DNA from: Thermoanaerobaculia bacterium
Lineage (GTDB): Bacteria > Acidobacteriota > Thermoanaerobaculia > Multivoradales > UBA5704
Reading direction: 5' to 3'
Length of the DNA: 64,000 nt
NCBI GenBank assembly: GCA_036380715.1
Contig: DASVEF010000370.1
Location: 7,727 to 71,726, forward strand
Shown: positions 36,032 through 49,028 of the stretch, piece by piece
How the letters are laid out: each line of letters begins with the position of its first letter
How positions within the stretch are numbered: position 1 is the stretch's first letter
Translations under genes and position numbers: made by a program
Notes under the pieces: model-generated
Databases searched by the model: none
What the model saw: the letters and a program-made list of their open reading frames with translations, nothing else
What the model was told of the DNA's origin: nothing

Positions 36032-38923
36032 ATGGGAAAGATTCGAGTCCAGGACCTCGCGGGGATGATGGGAATCTCCAATCAGGACCTCGTCTTCAAG
36101 CTGAAGTCCATCGGGGTGCGGGTCGAGGGGGACGACGCCCACATCGACACCGACATCATCCAGGCGATCCTGCAGGGCAAGAAGCTCCCGCATCCGCGGG
36201 AGGTCATCCTGCGGGATGAGGCGACCGCTCCGGTCCAGGACCGGCGGCGCGGAGCTGCTCCGGCAGCCCCTCCCGCCCGGCGTCCGGCCGCCAATCCGCT
36301 GCGCCCGAACCGTCCGCGCACGCTGATCCAGAAGGTGGAGCCGCGCATCCAGAACATGCCGATGACGGAGCGCCCGGCGCCGCATCTGATGCCGGAGTCG
36401 CACGTGGAAGCGCCCGCTCCTCTCCATCAGGAAGAGGTCCAACCGGCGCCGGTGGCCCTGGAGCCGCCGCACCCCGAGGAGGTGCGCGAGCCGGAGATGG
36501 CCCCCACGGCGGCGGGGGCAACCACGCCCGCTCCGGCGGCCACGGCGCGGCCGGAGATGGCGCCGCCGCCTTCCCCACCGCCGCCGCGGCGCGAGCAGCC
36601 CGCGCCTGTCCGTCCCTCCGGCCCACCCCCGCGCACCGGCGGCCCCATGGGTCCGGGCTCGCGCCCCGGCTATCCTTCGGGTCCCGGCGCCCGTACCGGC
36701 CCCCCCGCCGGTCCGCGCCCCGGCGTTCCTTACAGCCCGGGCCAGCAGCGCCCCGGCGGACCGGGTAGCCCCGGTGGCTCCTCGGGTCCGGGCGGACGCC
36801 CCGGTCCCGGCCAGCAGCGCCCTAGCGGCGGTCTCGGCCCGCGTCCCGGCATGGCCGCTCCTCCCACCACCGAGGAGCTGAAGCGGCGCGCCGAGCAGCG
36901 CACCCAGGAGCAGATCGGCCGCGACAAGAAGAAGAAAGGCGTCAAGAAGCCCGGCCCGCGGGTCGTCGATGAAGAGGAGCTCGCGACGCTGCGCGGAACG
37001 CTCAACCTGGAAGATGTGGACGACATGGTCACCGGCGCGGTCCCGGCCGGGAGCACGTCCGGCCGCCGCGGGCGTCGCGTCCAGCGCCGTGAAGAGGACC
37101 GGGAAGAGGGCGGCAAGCTCCTGACTTTCAAGAAGGCCCGGCCGGAGGGCCCGATCACGATCCGCGAGGGCATGACCCTGCGCGAGTTCGCCGAGAAGCT
37201 GGGCGTCAAGACCAAGGACCTGATGAAGTCGCTGTTCGACCGCGGCATCCTGGCCAACATCAACCAGGTGCTGGATTCCGAGCTCGCCGAGCAGCTCGCC
37301 AGGGATCTCGGCGTCGAGGCCATGCTGGTCTCGTTCGAGGAGGAGGTCCAGCTCCGCGAGGAGCTCCAGACGGGCAAGGACGGCGAGCCGGTGGAGGCCA
37401 AGGCCAAGGTCGGCCGCGCGCCGGTGGTGACCATCATGGGCCACGTCGACCACGGCAAGACCTCGCTGCTCGACGCCATCCGCTCCTCCAAGGTCACGGA
37501 GAGCGAGTTCGGCGGCATCACGCAGCACATCGGCGCCTACCATGTCGACGTCAACGGCCGGCAGGTGGTCTTCCTCGACACCCCGGGCCACGAAGCCTTC
37601 ACCATGATGCGCGCCCGCGGCGCCAAGGTGACCGACATCGTCGTGCTCGTGGTGGCGGCGGACGACGGCGTCATGCCGCAGACCATCGAGGCGATCAACC
37701 ACGCGCGCGCCGCCAAGGTGCCGCTCGTGGTTGCGGTTAACAAGATGGACAAGGCCAACGCCAACCCCGACCGGGTCAAGCGCGAGCTCTCCGAGCAGGG
37801 GCTGATGCCCGAGGACTGGGGCGGCGACACGGTCATGGTGCCGATCTCGGCGCTGCGCCGGGAGGGCATCTCGGAGCTGCTCGACATGATCCTGCTCACC
37901 GCGGACATCCTCGACCTCAAGTCGAGCCCGGAGCTCTCCGCCCAGGGCGCGGTCCTGGAGGCGCGCAAGGAGGTCGGCCGCGGCATCGTGGCCACCGTGC
38001 TGGTGCAGAACGGCACGCTGCGCGTGGGCGACGTCTTCGTCTCCGGCGCCACCTGGGGGCGTGTGCGCTCGATGAGCGACGACCGCGGCCAGCGGGCGCA
38101 GGAGGCCGGCCCTTCGACTCCGGTCGAGGTCACCGGCTTCAACGAGCTGCCGGGCGCGGGCGACCTGCTGCAGGTGGTGCAGGACGAGGCGCAGGCGCGC
38201 GGCATCGCCACCTACCGGCACCAGGAGCACCGCGAGCGCGACCTCCTCAGCTCCGGACCGGGGCGTCTGTCGCTGGCGCAGCTCTTCAACCGCATCCAGG
38301 AGGGTGAGGTCAAGGAGCTGGCGGTCGTGGTCAAGGCCGACGTGCAGGGCTCCCTGGAAGTGCTGCGCGACACGCTGGCCAAGCTCAGCACGGAGAAGGT
38401 CAAGGTGCAGGTGATCCACGCCGGGGTGGGAGCGATCTCCACCAACGACGTGCTGCTCGCCTCCGCCTCCAAGGCCATCATCGTCGGCTTCAACGTCCGC
38501 CCGGAGCGGAGCGCCGTCGACCTGGCCGAGAAGGAAGAGGTGGAGATCCGCCTGCACACAGTCATCTACGAGCTGATGGACGAGCTGCGCAAGGCCATGA
38601 CCGGCCTGCTCGATCCGACGTTCCGCGAGGTGTCGAGCGGCCGGGCCGAGGTGCGCGACACCTTCAAGGTGCCCAAGGTGGGCACCGTGGCCGGCTGCCA
38701 CGTGGTGGAAGGAGTGATCCCGCGGAGCGCCTCCGTCCGCCTGCTGCGCGACAACCGCGTGGTGTACGAGGGGAAGATCGCCTCCCTCCGGCGCTTCAAG
38801 GAGGACGTCTCCGAGGTGCGGACCGGCTTCGACTGCGGCATCGGTCTCGACCGCTTCCAGGACGTCAAGCCGGGCGACACCATCGAGGCCTACCTGCGCG
38901 AAGAGGTGGCGCCGGTCCTGTAA
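36032..38923 (+). CDS. infB: translation initiation factor IF-2
   Basis: Pro/Gly-rich N-terminal region. G domain [25 protein letters not shown]-terminal IF2 beta-barrels. Confidence 0.95.
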   Translation: MGKIRVQDLAGMMGISNQDLVFKLKSIGVRVEGDDAHIDTDIIQAILQGKKLPHPREVILRDEATAPVQDRRRGAAPAAPPARRPAANPLRPNRPRTLIQKVEPRIQNMPMTERPAPHLMPESHVEAPAPLHQEEVQPAPVALEPPHPEEVREPEMAPTAAGATTPAPAATARPEMAPPPSPPPPRREQPAPVRPSGPPPRTGGPMGPGSRPGYPSGPGARTGPPAGPRPGVPYSPGQQRPGGPGSPGGSSGPGGRPGPGQQRPSGGLGPRPGMAAPPTTEELKRRAEQRTQEQIGRDKKKKGVKKPGPRVVDEEELATLRGTLNLEDVDDMVTGAVPAGSTSGRRGRRVQRREEDREEGGKLLTFKKARPEGPITIREGMTLREFAEKLGVKTKDLMKSLFDRGILANINQVLDSELAEQLARDLGVEAMLVSFEEEVQLREELQTGKDGEPVEAKAKVGRAPVVTIMGHVDHGKTSLLDAIRSSKVTESEFGGITQHIGAYHVDVNGRQVVFLDTPGHEAFTMMRARGAKVTDIVVLVVAADDGVMPQTIEAINHARAAKVPLVVAVNKMDKANANPDRVKRELSEQGLMPEDWGGDTVMVPISALRREGISELLDMILLTADILDLKSSPELSAQGAVLEARKEVGRGIVATVLVQNGTLRVGDVFVSGATWGRVRSMSDDRGQRAQEAGPSTPVEVTGFNELPGAGDLLQVVQDEAQARGIATYRHQEHRERDLLSSGPGRLSLAQLFNRIQEGEVKELAVVVKADVQGSLEVLRDTLAKLSTEKVKVQVIHAGVGAISTNDVLLASASKAIIVGFNVRPERSAVDLAEKEEVEIRLHTVIYELMDELRKAMTGLLDPTFREVSSGRAEVRDTFKVPKVGTVAGCHVVEGVIPRSASVRLLRDNRVVYEGKIASLRRFKEDVSEVRTGFDCGIGLDRFQDVKPGDTIEAYLREEVAPVL

Positions 38924-38986
38924 GAGAAGGCCCCCCTCCCCCGCTCCACGGAACGCGGGAGGGGCCTTCGGGAGACCGGTCGAGCC

Positions 38987-39280
38987 ATGATCGTCGGAGT
39001 TTCCAGCTTCGAGCTGCACCTCCCTTCGAGCCGCAGCCTCAAGGACAAACGGCGCGTGGTCAAGTCGCTGGTGGACCGCATCCACCAGCGCTTCCGGGTG
39101 TCGATCGCCGAGACCGGCTTCCACGACCTCCATCAGCGGGCGGAGATCTCGATGGCGGCGGTGACGAACGGCGAGGGTGAGATGGAGAACCTGATGGAAC
39201 AGATCCGGAGCCTCGTGGACAGCGAGCCCGAGGCCTACCTGACCCGCTGGGATCCGCAGATCCTGGAGGGAGTGCAATGA
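38987..39280 (+). CDS. DUF503 family protein (YlxP-like)
   Basis: 97 aa. Conserved position between infB and rbfA. 4-nt overlap with rbfA. Confidence 0.75.
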   Translation: MIVGVSSFELHLPSSRSLKDKRRVVKSLVDRIHQRFRVSIAETGFHDLHQRAEISMAAVTNGEGEMENLMEQIRSLVDSEPEAYLTRWDPQILEGVQ

Positions 39281-39633
39281 AGCGGCGCAACAACCGGATC
39301 GGCGACCTGGTGCGCGCCGAGCTGTCCGACCTGCTGCTGCGCGAGGTCCAGGACCCGCGCATCAAGCTGGTCAGCGTGACCTCGGTCGACGTCAGCCCGG
39401 ACCTGCGCCGGGCCGTGGTCAAGGTCTCGGCCCTGGGGACGGAAGAGGAGAGGCTCGGCGCCGTCGAGGCCTTGCGCCACGCGAAGGGGTTCCTGCGGAC
39501 GGAGCTGGCTCACCGCCTGCGCACCCGCGTGACCCCGGAGCTCGTCTTCGAGCTCGACCGGGGGGCCGAGCACAGCCAGCGAATCTCAGACATTCTGGAG
39601 AGCTTGCACGATGGGCGGGATGAAAGCTCCTGA
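39277..39633 (+). CDS. rbfA: ribosome-binding factor A
   Basis: 118 aa. RbfA KH-like fold motif RIGDLVRAELSDLL. Confidence 0.9.
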   Translation: MKRRNNRIGDLVRAELSDLLLREVQDPRIKLVSVTSVDVSPDLRRAVVKVSALGTEEERLGAVEALRHAKGFLRTELAHRLRTRVTPELVFELDRGAEHSQRISDILESLHDGRDESS

Positions 39634-40645
39634 AGACCTCCTGCGGAGGATCCGGCAAGGCAACCGGTTCCTCCTCACGAGCCATATCAACCCCGACGGC
39701 GACGCGATCGGCTCCGAGCTGGGGCTGGCGCGCCTGCTGCGCCGGATGGGCAAGGGCGCCGTGGTCTGGAACCGCGACGAGACGCCGACCATCTACCGGC
39801 CGCTGCCGGGGAGCGACCGGGTGCACAACGGCGCCGAGCCGCCGGCCGGGTTCCCCGACCTGTTCGACGCCATCATCGTGCTGGAATGCCCGAGCCCCGA
39901 CCGCACCGGAATCGAGCAGCATCTGAGCGCGCGGCCGGTGATCAATATCGACCACCACCTGGGCAACCAGCACTACGGCGACGTCAACTGGGTGGACACG
40001 GCGGCGCCGGCGGTGGGCGAGATGGTCTACCGGCTGGCCCAGGGGCTGAAGCTCGCCCTGGAGCCGGAGACCGCGAGCTGTCTGTACCTGACCCTGGTCA
40101 CCGACACCGGCGGCTTCCGCTTCTCCAACGCCACGGCCGTGGCTTTCGAGGCGGCGGCCTCCCTGGTGCGCGACGGCGCGCACCCGGAGCAGGTCTCGCA
40201 GTGGCTGTACGAGAGCCAGCCCCTGCCGGTGGTCCGCCTGGTCGGAGAGATGCTGCAGACCCTCCAGGTCCATGAAGGGGGCCGCATCGCCACGGCGCGC
40301 CTCCTGCCCGAGATGTTCGAGCGGGTCGGCGCCTCGCCGGGCGACTCCGAAGGGTTGATCGACTATCCCCGCTCCATCGCGGGCGTCGACGCGGTCGCCC
40401 TGATCCGCCAGCGCGAGGATGGGACGCACAAAGTCTCGCTGCGCAGCCGGGGCGAGGTCGACGTGGAGAAGATCGCCCGTCACCACGGTGGAGGCGGTCA
40501 CCGCAACGCCGCTGGATTCGTCATGGAAGGCGACGGCGAGCAGGTCCGCCAGCAGGTGGTGGCCGCCCTCGCCGCATCCCTCCCGCAGGCGGGAACCGTA
40601 GAGGCGCCCCAGTCCCCCACCACGACCGAAGCGACGTCCTCATAG
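39611..40645 (+). CDS. nrnA: DHH-DHHA1 family phosphoesterase (NrnA-like bifunctional oligoribonuclease / pAp phosphatase)
   Basis: DHH motifs HINPDGDAIGS and DHH. DHHA1 motif GGGH at the C-terminus. Confidence 0.8.
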   Translation: MGGMKAPEDLLRRIRQGNRFLLTSHINPDGDAIGSELGLARLLRRMGKGAVVWNRDETPTIYRPLPGSDRVHNGAEPPAGFPDLFDAIIVLECPSPDRTGIEQHLSARPVINIDHHLGNQHYGDVNWVDTAAPAVGEMVYRLAQGLKLALEPETASCLYLTLVTDTGGFRFSNATAVAFEAAASLVRDGAHPEQVSQWLYESQPLPVVRLVGEMLQTLQVHEGGRIATARLLPEMFERVGASPGDSEGLIDYPRSIAGVDAVALIRQREDGTHKVSLRSRGEVDVEKIARHHGGGGHRNAAGFVMEGDGEQVRQQVVAALAASLPQAGTVEAPQSPTTTEATSS

Positions 40646-40659
40646 CCGGGGCGCCTCAA

Positions 40660-41577
40660 ATGAAGGACGGTTTGTTATTGGTCGACAAGGAGGGGGGCTT
40701 CACCTCGCACGACGTCGTGCAGAAGGTGCGGCGCGTCCTCAAGCAGAAGAAGATCGGGCACTGCGGCACGCTCGACCCGGACGCCACGGGCCTGCTGCTC
40801 CTGACCCTGGGGACCGCGACCCGGCTGACCCGGTTCCTGATCCGTGCGCCCAAGGTCTACGAAGGGGTGATCCAGCTCGGCGCGGCCACCGACACCTACG
40901 ACGCCTCCGGCCGGGTGGTCTCCGAAGCGCCCGCCGAGGCGGTGGCGGCCCTGGACCCGGAGGCGGTGGCCGCGGCCATGCGCGGCTTCGAGGGGACCAT
41001 CGAGCAGAAGGCGCCCCCCTACTCCGCCAAGAAGGTCAACGGGGTCAAGTACTACGAGCTCGCCCGCCGGGGCGAGGAGGTGCCGGACGAGGCCAAGGAG
41101 ATCACGGTCTTCGAATTCTCCCCGCTGGATCGCCTGGAGAACGGCCGCATCCGTTTCAAGCTCGCCTGCTCCTCGGGCACCTACGCCCGCGGGCTGGCCC
41201 ACGACCTCGGGGCGATGCTCGGCGTGGGTGGCCATCTGGCCGAGCTGCGGCGCAGCCGGATCGGCTCCTTCGCCGTGGAGTCGGCGGTCACCCTGGCCGG
41301 GCTGGAGGCGGCCGTGGCCGCGGGCGAGGTCCCGGGCGAGGCCTGGATCCCCTTCGACCAGATCCCGCTGCCGTTCGGCGAGGTGACGGCGGACCCGCAG
41401 CAGGAGCACCGGATCAGCCACGGGCAGACCATCCTGATCCGCGAGCTGCCGGGGGAGGAGGGGGACTGGGTCAAGCTGGTCAACCGGCGGCGTGAGCTCA
41501 TCGCCGTGGGGACCGTGGTCGAGAGGATCGGCGGCGCCGGGGTGGGGATCGTCCAGCCCAAAGTGGTTTTCCGCTGA
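40660..41577 (+). CDS. truB: tRNA pseudouridine(55) synthase TruB
   Basis: [16 protein letters not shown] catalytic Asp motif. PUA-like C-terminus. Confidence 0.9.
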   Translation: MKDGLLLVDKEGGFTSHDVVQKVRRVLKQKKIGHCGTLDPDATGLLLLTLGTATRLTRFLIRAPKVYEGVIQLGAATDTYDASGRVVSEAPAEAVAALDPEAVAAAMRGFEGTIEQKAPPYSAKKVNGVKYYELARRGEEVPDEAKEITVFEFSPLDRLENGRIRFKLACSSGTYARGLAHDLGAMLGVGGHLAELRRSRIGSFAVESAVTLAGLEAAVAAGEVPGEAWIPFDQIPLPFGEVTADPQQEHRISHGQTILIRELPGEEGDWVKLVNRRRELIAVGTVVERIGGAGVGIVQPKVVFR

Positions 41578-41610
41578 TTTTTCAAAAATCCCCGGATCAG
41601 GCATCGTTTG

Positions 41611-41619
41611 TGCTACAAT
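41611..41619 (+). promoter_or_regulatory. extended -10 promoter element (TGcTACAAT) upstream of rpsO
   Basis: TGn + TACAAT, 33 nt upstream of the rpsO TTG start. No good -35. Confidence 0.4.
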
Positions 41620-41651
41620 CCGGTCCGGAGCTTTGTAAGGAGGAGTTTGCT

Positions 41652-41921
41652 TTGGCGCAAACCAGTGAAGTGAAGAGTCAGATCGTTGAAAAGTATCGGG
41701 TGCACGAGCAGGACACCGGGTCGCCCGAGGTGCAGGTGGCTCTCCTGACCAACCGGATCACGGAGCTCACGGAGCACTTCAAGACCCACACGAAGGATCA
41801 CCACAGCCGCCGCGGCCTGTTGAAGCTGGTCGGCCGCCGCCGCCGCCTTCTCGACTATCTGAAGGGCAAGGACCTCGAGCGCTACCGGGCCACCATCGAG
41901 CGCCTCGGGCTCCGCAAGTAA
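41652..41921 (+). CDS. rpsO: 30S ribosomal protein S15
   Basis: TTG start 7 nt after AAGGAGG gives an 89-aa S15 ([33 protein letters not shown]...). Confidence 0.9.
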   Translation: MAQTSEVKSQIVEKYRVHEQDTGSPEVQVALLTNRITELTEHFKTHTKDHHSRRGLLKLVGRRRRLLDYLKGKDLERYRATIERLGLRK

Positions 41922-41946
41922 AGTCCCTTCGATCCGGCAGGAAAGA

Positions 41947-41987
41947 GTCCCGACGCGCTCTGGTGGCCAGCCGCCAGAGGTCGGGAC
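41947..41987 (+). promoter_or_regulatory. long stem-loop (about 17 bp stem) in the rpsO-pnp intergenic region; candidate RNase III / PNPase-autoregulation hairpin
   Basis: GTCCCGACGCGCTCTGGTGG-CCAGCC-GCCAGAGGTCGGGAC, a near-perfect inverted repeat (one G-U). Confidence 0.55.
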
Positions 41988-42081
41988 GATTCCACCCCGC
42001 CCGGGTTTCCCCTCCGGGCGCTCCGGCCGAGATGGCCATCCGTAGGCAGACGAGAGAGAAAGAGAAAGAAGAAAAAAAGCT

Positions 42082-44352
<2,271 letters not shown>

Positions 44353-44377
44353 CGCCCTCTTCCAAGCAGTCCTGAAC

Positions 44378-44407
44378 GGGGCGGCCTGCGGGCCGCCCTT
44401 TTCTTTT
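44378..44407 (+). terminator. rho-independent terminator after pnp
   Basis: GGGCGGCC-TGCG-GGCCGCCC followed by TTTTCTTTT. Confidence 0.85.
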
Positions 44408-44420
44408 ACACTCCCCTCTC

Positions 44421-45188
44421 ATGACCGCCACGATCGATCGCGACGCTCTCGTCTCCTACCTCGACCAGTACCTGGACGCCGGCCGCGGGCGCGACTACGG
44501 CCCGAACGGCCTGCAGGTGGAGGGCCGCGAGGAGATCCGCAAAATCGTGACCGGCGTCTCCGCCTGCCAGGAGCTGTTCGTACGGGCGCGCCAAGCCGGA
44601 GCCGACGCCGTGCTGGTCCACCACGGAATCTTCTGGGAAGGAATGCCGCGCGTCCTCACCGGCTTCCAGGTCCACCGAGTGGCGGAGCTGATCCGGGGTG
44701 AGATGAGCCTGATCGCCTATCACCTCCCCCTCGACCGCCACCCCGAGATCGGCAACAACGCCCTCGCCGGCCGCGACCTGGGCCTCGCCGACTTGGAGCC
44801 CTTCGGCTTCCACGACGGCCTGCCCATCGGCTTCAAAGGACGCTTCCCCGAGCCCATCCCCGCCGCCGAGCTTGTCGCCCGTGCCCGCAAAGTCTTCGCC
44901 CAGGAGCCTCTCGCCTTCCTGGAAGGCCCCGAGCCGGTCCGCAGCCTGGGCATGATCAGCGGGGGTGCCCAGCGCGACTTCTACTCCGCTATCGACGAAG
45001 GACTGGACGCCTACATCACCGGCGAGGTGAGCGAATGGGTGATGAACGTGGCGCGAGAGGCCCGGGTCCACTACCTCGCCGCCGGCCACTACGCGACTGA
45101 GCGGCTGGGCATCCGCGCCCTGGGCGAGCACCTGGTCGAGAAGTTCGGCATCGAGGCCGAGTTCATCGACGTGCCGAACCCAGTGTAG
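44421..45188 (+). CDS. Nif3-like dinuclear metal center protein (YqfO/YbgI family)
   Basis: 255 aa. NIF3 family motifs HHGIFWEG and HYATE. Confidence 0.85.
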   Translation: MTATIDRDALVSYLDQYLDAGRGRDYGPNGLQVEGREEIRKIVTGVSACQELFVRARQAGADAVLVHHGIFWEGMPRVLTGFQVHRVAELIRGEMSLIAYHLPLDRHPEIGNNALAGRDLGLADLEPFGFHDGLPIGFKGRFPEPIPAAELVARARKVFAQEPLAFLEGPEPVRSLGMISGGAQRDFYSAIDEGLDAYITGEVSEWVMNVAREARVHYLAAGHYATERLGIRALGEHLVEKFGIEAEFIDVPNPV

Positions 45189-45197
45189 GGAGCTTGG

Positions 45198-47360
45198 TCA
45201 CCAGCTCGCGCCGGCCTGAATCAGCCCGACCGTGGCGGCCCGGCCCAGCGGCTCGGAGAAGAAATAGCCCTGGCCGTAATGGCAGGAGAGGGCGCGCAGC
45301 CGTGAGAACTGCTCGGCGGTTTCGATCCCCTCGGCCGCGACGTCCATCTTCAGAGTCCGGGCGAGGGTCACGATCGTGCCGACGATCTCCGAGCGCTCGT
45401 CGTGGCCGTCGATCTCGCTGATGAACGAGCGGTCGATCTTGAGCGCGTCCATGGGCAGGCGGTGGAGATAGCTCAGGGAGGAGTAGCCGGTACCGAAGTC
45501 GTCGATGTAGAGCTTGACCCCGAGCGCACGCAACTGGAGGAGCTTGGCGATCGCGTCGTCCGCCTGCCCCATGATCGTGCTCTCGGTCATCTCCAGCCGC
45601 AGGCTCTCCGGCAGGATGCCCGTTTCGCTCAGGGTCTCCTCGACCCTGCGCAGGAGGTCCGCCTGCATGAACTGCTTCCCCGACAGGTTCACGGTCACGG
45701 CCAGCGACCGGCCGTCCATGGCGAGAGACTGCCACTCGGCGAGCTGCTCGCAGGCCTCGCGCAGGACCCACCAGCCGATGGGCACGATCAGCCCCGTCTC
45801 CTCGGCGGTGGCGACGAAGCTCTCGGGCGTGAGGAGGCCGCGCTGCGGATGCCGCCAGCGCAGCAGGGCCTCGAAAGCGCTGATCTTGCCGCTGGCCAGC
45901 GAGATGATCGGCTGGTAGTGGACCTCGAACTCCTGCCGCTCGATCGCCCGCCGCAGGTCGTTCTCGAGCTGCAGGAGGGCCACGGCCTGGTTGTGCATGT
46001 TGCGATCGAAGACGGCGTCTCGCGCCCGGCCCGAGGTCTTCGCGTCATACATGGCCGTGTCCGCGTCCCGCAGCACGTCCTCCGGGCGTTCGTAGATCCC
46101 CCTCGCTCCCACCGTGATGCCCAGGCTCATGGTGACGAAGATCTCGGTGCCCCGCACCTTGAAGGGCTGCGCCATCTCCTGATGCATCCGCTGCGCGACC
46201 TCGACGGCGTGCTCGACGTCGGCGATGTCGTCGAGCAGGATCGTGAACTCGTCGCCACCCAGCCGCGCCACCGTGTCGCCGGGACGCAGGCAGGACTCGA
46301 GCCGACGGGCCACCGCGACCAGCAGCTCGTCGCCGGCGCTGTGACCCAGGCTGTCGTTGATGTTCTTGAAGCGGTCGAGGTCGATGAAGAGGACGGCGAA
46401 CGTGTAGCTCAGCCGCCGCTTCGCATGGGCGATCGCCATGCCGAGGCGGTCCATGAGGAGCGCGCGGTTCGGCAGGCCGGTCAGGGAGTCGTGGAAGGCG
46501 TCGTGCAGGAGACGCTCTTCGGCCAGCTTGCGAGAGGTGATGTCCGACTGCGAGCCCGCCATCCGGTAGGCCTCGCCCAGGTCGTTGCGCACCGCCAGAC
46601 CCCGGGTGAGGACCCAGCGGTAGCTCCCGTCCCGATGGAGCATCCGGTGCTCGCTTTCGAAGTCGGACGCCCGGCCGTTCAGGTGCGCCGACATCCCGAG
46701 CCGGACCGCGATGAGATCGTCGGGATGCACCCGTTCGAACCACTCCGCCGGGTCGTCGCCGATTTCGCCGTTCTCGAAACCGAGCATGAACTTCCAGCGC
46801 GGCGAAAAATAGATCCGGTCGCTGCGGAGGTCCCAATCCCAGAGGCCGTCCTTGGCGCCGTGGATCGCGAGCTCGTAGCGCTGCTGGCTCTCCCGCAGCG
46901 CCACCTGGGCCCGCTTGCGCTCGATGGCGTAGCGGATCGCCCGGCCGAGCAGCCCGTTATCGACCTCTCTCTTGATGAGGTAGTCCTGGGCGCCCTCCCG
47001 CACCGCTCGCACCGCCAGCTCCTCATCCTCGACCCCGGTCAGCAGGATGATCGGCAGATCCGGAGCTTCGCGGTTGATCCGTGCCAGGGAGTCGAGCGAG
47101 CCGGGGAGGCTGTCGGGCAGCGACAGGTCGAGCAGGACGACGTCCACCTTCTCGCGGTGGCCAAGGAGCTCCAGGGCTTTTGAAATGCGATCGACGGCGG
47201 TGAGCTGAAACGGTGTGAAGATCGTCCTGTCCAGCATCCTGCGGATCAGGCGCGCGTCACCAGGGTTGTCCTCTACCATCAAGATCCGAGTCGGTTCCCC
47301 GGACACCATCGCGGCGGCTCCCTCCAGATTGCCGGCAGCCGTACAGCCGACCGTCAGCAC
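45198..47360 (-). CDS. response-regulator receiver-PAS-GGDEF-EAL c-di-GMP signalling protein
   Basis: REC (ILMVEDNPGD...D). PAS. GGDEF (RLGGDEFTILL). EAL (EALLRWRHP). Start may be the internal ATG at 47309. Confidence 0.85.
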   Translation of the reverse strand: MLTVGCTAAGNLEGAAAMVSGEPTRILMVEDNPGDARLIRRMLDRTIFTPFQLTAVDRISKALELLGHREKVDVVLLDLSLPDSLPGSLDSLARINREAPDLPIILLTGVEDEELAVRAVREGAQDYLIKREVDNGLLGRAIRYAIERKRAQVALRESQQRYELAIHGAKDGLWDWDLRSDRIYFSPRWKFMLGFENGEIGDDPAEWFERVHPDDLIAVRLGMSAHLNGRASDFESEHRMLHRDGSYRWVLTRGLAVRNDLGEAYRMAGSQSDITSRKLAEERLLHDAFHDSLTGLPNRALLMDRLGMAIAHAKRRLSYTFAVLFIDLDRFKNINDSLGHSAGDELLVAVARRLESCLRPGDTVARLGGDEFTILLDDIADVEHAVEVAQRMHQEMAQPFKVRGTEIFVTMSLGITVGARGIYERPEDVLRDADTAMYDAKTSGRARDAVFDRNMHNQAVALLQLENDLRRAIERQEFEVHYQPIISLASGKISAFEALLRWRHPQRGLLTPESFVATAEETGLIVPIGWWVLREACEQLAEWQSLAMDGRSLAVTVNLSGKQFMQADLLRRVEETLSETGILPESLRLEMTESTIMGQADDAIAKLLQLRALGVKLYIDDFGTGYSSLSYLHRLPMDALKIDRSFISEIDGHDERSEIVGTIVTLARTLKMDVAAEGIETAEQFSRLRALSCHYGQGYFFSEPLGRAATVGLIQAGASW

Positions 47361-47444
47361 AGCAACAGCTTAGATCTACGATCCAATATCACTCAAATTG
47401 TAACATGCCTCCGGCAAGTTTTGCCAAGTCAGGTGATTTGGACA

Positions 47445-48920
47445 TCAGGAGACGGGATCTTCCGTCGCGGGTATGGTAAAAAAGAAGGTGGAGCCGCGAC
47501 CCGGCTCGGAATGCACCGAAATCCGTCCCCCGTGGCGCTCGACAATTCTCTTGCAGAGGGCAAGGCCGACCCCGCTGCCGGGGACCTCGGGGTTGAGACG
47601 CTTGAAAATGGTGAAGATCGATTCCGCCTCGGCGGGATCGATGCCGATGCCGTTGTCGCGTACGGAGAAGACCCACTCGCGAGGGGCCCTTCGCGCGGAG
47701 ACGTGCACCCGCGGCGCCTCCTCGCCGCGGAACTTGATCGCGTTGGCGATCAGGTTCTGGAAGAGCTGGACGATCTGCACGGGGTCGGCCTCGATCTCCG
47801 GCAGCGGCGCGTGCTCGACCGTGGCGCCGCTCTCCTCGATGACGGGCCCGAGATAGGCGAGAGCCCGCTGGAGGAGATCCTCCGCGCTGACGCGCTCCAG
47901 CGGCCGGTCCCGGCTTTCGAGCCGCGAGAAGGCGAGCAGGCCGTCGATCAGCGCTTCGAGCCTCCGCGAGGCATCGACCAGGATCCCGATGACCTCGTCC
48001 GCTCCCCGGTCGAGCCGGCCCTGATAGTCCTCCTTCAGCATCTGGGCGTATCTCTCCACCATGCGGACCGGCTCCCGTAGCTCGTGAGAGGCCATCGCCG
48101 CGAACTGCTGGAGATCTTCGTTCGACCGCCGGAGCTGCGCCGAGCGCCGGGCCGCTTCCTCTTCGGCCTGCTTACGGACGGTGATGTCTTCGACCAGGCC
48201 GTCGATCCGCAGCCCCCCGGCATCCTGGATGAGCGTGCTGATCACCTCGACCCAGATGGGGCGTCCATCCGCCCGCTGGAGCTTCACCTCCCGGGGGGTC
48301 TTCGCTTCGGGAGCGCCGTGGCCCGATGACGCCGCGCTCTGCTCGGCCGCGGCGACGAGCGGCCCCAGGGGGAGCCGGGCCGCGCTCTCGAAGCTCCCGG
48401 CGCCCAGGAGCTGCAGGAAGCCCGAGCTGGCGTTCAGCAGGCGCCCTTCGGGCGTCGCGCTGAACACCGCCACTTGTGCCTGCCGCAGGAGAGATTCCAG
48501 CGGAGTCGCGCCGGGAGTGGCACGGTTCCGGGACCGGTCCCCCTTGTCGAGCACCGACGACACGGCGATGGGCAGCGCCAGGAAGCCCGCGGGCCTCTTG
48601 ACCAGGTAATTGTCGGCGCCCAGCCGCGTCGCCTTCAGACTGACCTCCTCGTCGCCATGGCGCGTGAACACGATCACGGGCACCTCCGGCCAGTCCTCTT
48701 TCAGGGCCGCGAGGACCGCCAGGCCCTCCGCCCACGCGAGCTTCTGCTCCAGGATCACCAGATGGAAGCTCCTCCTGCCGCAAGCCTGGGCGAACGACAG
48801 CGGGTCGGTGATCTCCTGGATCTGAAGCTGAGGCAGCTCGTGCTCGAGCACCAGCCTGGCGAGCGCACGATCGTCAGGATCGTCGTCGAGCAGGAGGATC
48901 CGGGGGCGGTTTTCGCGCAT
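47445..48920 (-). CDS. hybrid signalling protein: N-terminal receiver domain + PAS + histidine kinase (HisKA/HATPase_c)
   Basis: REC (RILLLDDDPDD). H-box MASHELREPV. N/G boxes (NLIANAIKF, GSGVGLALC). Alternative GTG start at 48968. Confidence 0.85.
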   Translation of the reverse strand: MRENRPRILLLDDDPDDRALARLVLEHELPQLQIQEITDPLSFAQACGRRSFHLVILEQKLAWAEGLAVLAALKEDWPEVPVIVFTRHGDEEVSLKATRLGADNYLVKRPAGFLALPIAVSSVLDKGDRSRNRATPGATPLESLLRQAQVAVFSATPEGRLLNASSGFLQLLGAGSFESAARLPLGPLVAAAEQSAASSGHGAPEAKTPREVKLQRADGRPIWVEVISTLIQDAGGLRIDGLVEDITVRKQAEEEAARRSAQLRRSNEDLQQFAAMASHELREPVRMVERYAQMLKEDYQGRLDRGADEVIGILVDASRRLEALIDGLLAFSRLESRDRPLERVSAEDLLQRALAYLGPVIEESGATVEHAPLPEIEADPVQIVQLFQNLIANAIKFRGEEAPRVHVSARRAPREWVFSVRDNGIGIDPAEAESIFTIFKRLNPEVPGSGVGLALCKRIVERHGGRISVHSEPGRGSTFFFTIPATEDPVS

Positions 48921-49028
48921 GGACAGCGGCAAACCTATAGAAAGCGGGGGACGAAATCTACTCCACACCAGCTATAATCTTTTCTATACCTGTCGATATA
49001 GCCGGCACGGCATGGGAGCACGGATGGC

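Noticed and set aside
36008-39277. 1089-aa minus-strand ORF antisense to infB.
   Set aside because: infB on the plus strand has unambiguous G-domain motifs. The antisense ORF is a GC-rich artefact.
48966-49000. Split inverted repeat CTATAC-N8-GATATAG and a TATAAT box in the divergent promoter region between the two histidine-kinase genes.
   Set aside because: Single occurrence. Plausibly just -10 elements of divergent promoters. Insufficient to call a regulatory site.
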